Positions 63,259-64,000 of a DNA stretch of 64,000 nt are shown here, one piece after another. The stretch lies in the NCBI GenBank assembly GCA_002269645.1, contig NIVC01002777.1:1-64000 (forward strand), read 5' to 3'. Each line of letters opens with the position of its first letter. Within the stretch, counting starts at the first letter, position 1. The position numbers and the translations under genes were made by a program. The notes beneath the pieces were generated by a model that saw only the letters and a program-made list of their open reading frames with translations, did no database searches and was not told where the DNA came from. Origin of the DNA: Macrostomum lignano. Taxonomy: Eukaryota.

Positions 63259-63580
63259 ATGCAGGCAGCTCAATCTGGCTGGCCAGCAGCTGTTGCCGCT
63301 GCCGCGTCCTCTGCTCCCTCAGCAGCAACAACTAGTGTTACCATGGAGACCAGAGACAATTACTCTGAAGGCAATGGTCGGGCAATTATGAAAGTGGAGG
63401 AAGACGACATAGATGAGGAAGAAGCAGATGATCCGCAGCAGCGGCGAGATCAGGATCCAGATGATGACGCTGAGGGCGTGTGGAGTCAGGACATCGAGCA
63501 GAGCTTCCAAGAGGCGCTGGCCATGTATCCACCTTGTGGGCGGCGGAAAATCATTCTGCAGGAGGAGGGCAGAATGTATG
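63259..63580 (+). CDS. TEAD/sd: TEAD/scalloped transcription factor, first coding exon with the N-terminal half of the TEA domain (3'-partial)
   Basis: [41 protein letters not shown] matches the TEA domain start. Phase-1 donor TATG|GTGAGT at 63580/63581 falls inside the MYG-RNE motif. Likely ATG at 63259 (ACCATGC); the exact start is uncertain. Confidence 0.92.
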
Positions 63581-63600
63581 GTGAGTTGGCTTTATTGCTT

Positions 63601-64000
63601 AATGGGAATCGCTCCCTTGCTCAGAGGCGAATCGCTCATTTGCTTAGAGGGGAATCGCTCATTTGCTCAGAGGGGAATCGCTCATTTGCTCAGAGGGGAA
63701 TCGCTCATTTGCTCAGAGGGGAATCGCTCATTTGCTCAGAGGCGAATCGCTCATTTGCTTAGAGGGGAATCGCTCATTTGCTCAGAGGGGAATCGCTCAT
63801 TTGCTCAGAGGGGAATCGCTCATTTGCTCAGAGGGGAATCGCTCATTTGCTCAGAGGGGAATCGCTCATTTGCTCAGAGGGGAATCGCTCATTTGCTCAA
63901 AGGCGAATCGCTCATTTGCTTAGAGGGGAATCGCTCATTTGCTCAGAGGGGAATCGCTCATTTGCTCAGAGGGGAATCGCTCATTTACTAAGGGGGAATT
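63601..64000. repeat. 23-bp minisatellite (GAGGGGAATCGCTCATTTGCTCA)n in the TEAD intron
   Basis: Read directly; runs off the end of the window. Confidence 0.95.

Noticed and set aside
63581-63762. Continuation of the TEAD ORF past MYG ([11 protein letters not shown]...)
   Set aside because: This is read-through into the intron and the 23-bp repeat; TEA homology ends at the GT donor.

Overview
Repeat-rich animal genomic DNA. About one third of the window is tandem repeat, from roughly 28 mostly unrelated micro/minisatellite arrays. GC-rich, polyQ/polyA-laden host genes and the repeat style suggest a free-living flatworm such as Macrostomum (inference only). Host genes: a two-exon labial/Hox1 homeobox gene on the minus strand (predicted 479 aa, 9.9-kb intron) with no other Hox gene visible in the window, an intronless RASSF9/10-like RA-domain gene, the first coding exon of a TEAD/scalloped gene, and a possible small motif-dense disordered protein. 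Mobile elements: an apparently complete 6,690-bp CACTA/EnSpm-type DNA transposon (CACTGTAA termini, 2-bp TG TSD), a 5'-truncated RNase H-bearing LINE inserted into a 38-bp satellite with a 14-bp TSD, a decayed RTE-type LINE, a hAT-type MITE with an 8-bp TSD and a possible solo LTR. The most striking item is the EnSpm element: an intact, AT-rich zinc-finger transposase is paired with a GC-rich second ORF that starts with a CIDE-N-like domain, a fold known from apoptotic DFF40/DFF45 and CIDE proteins. All calls were made by eye with no database searches. Repeat boundaries are approximate.
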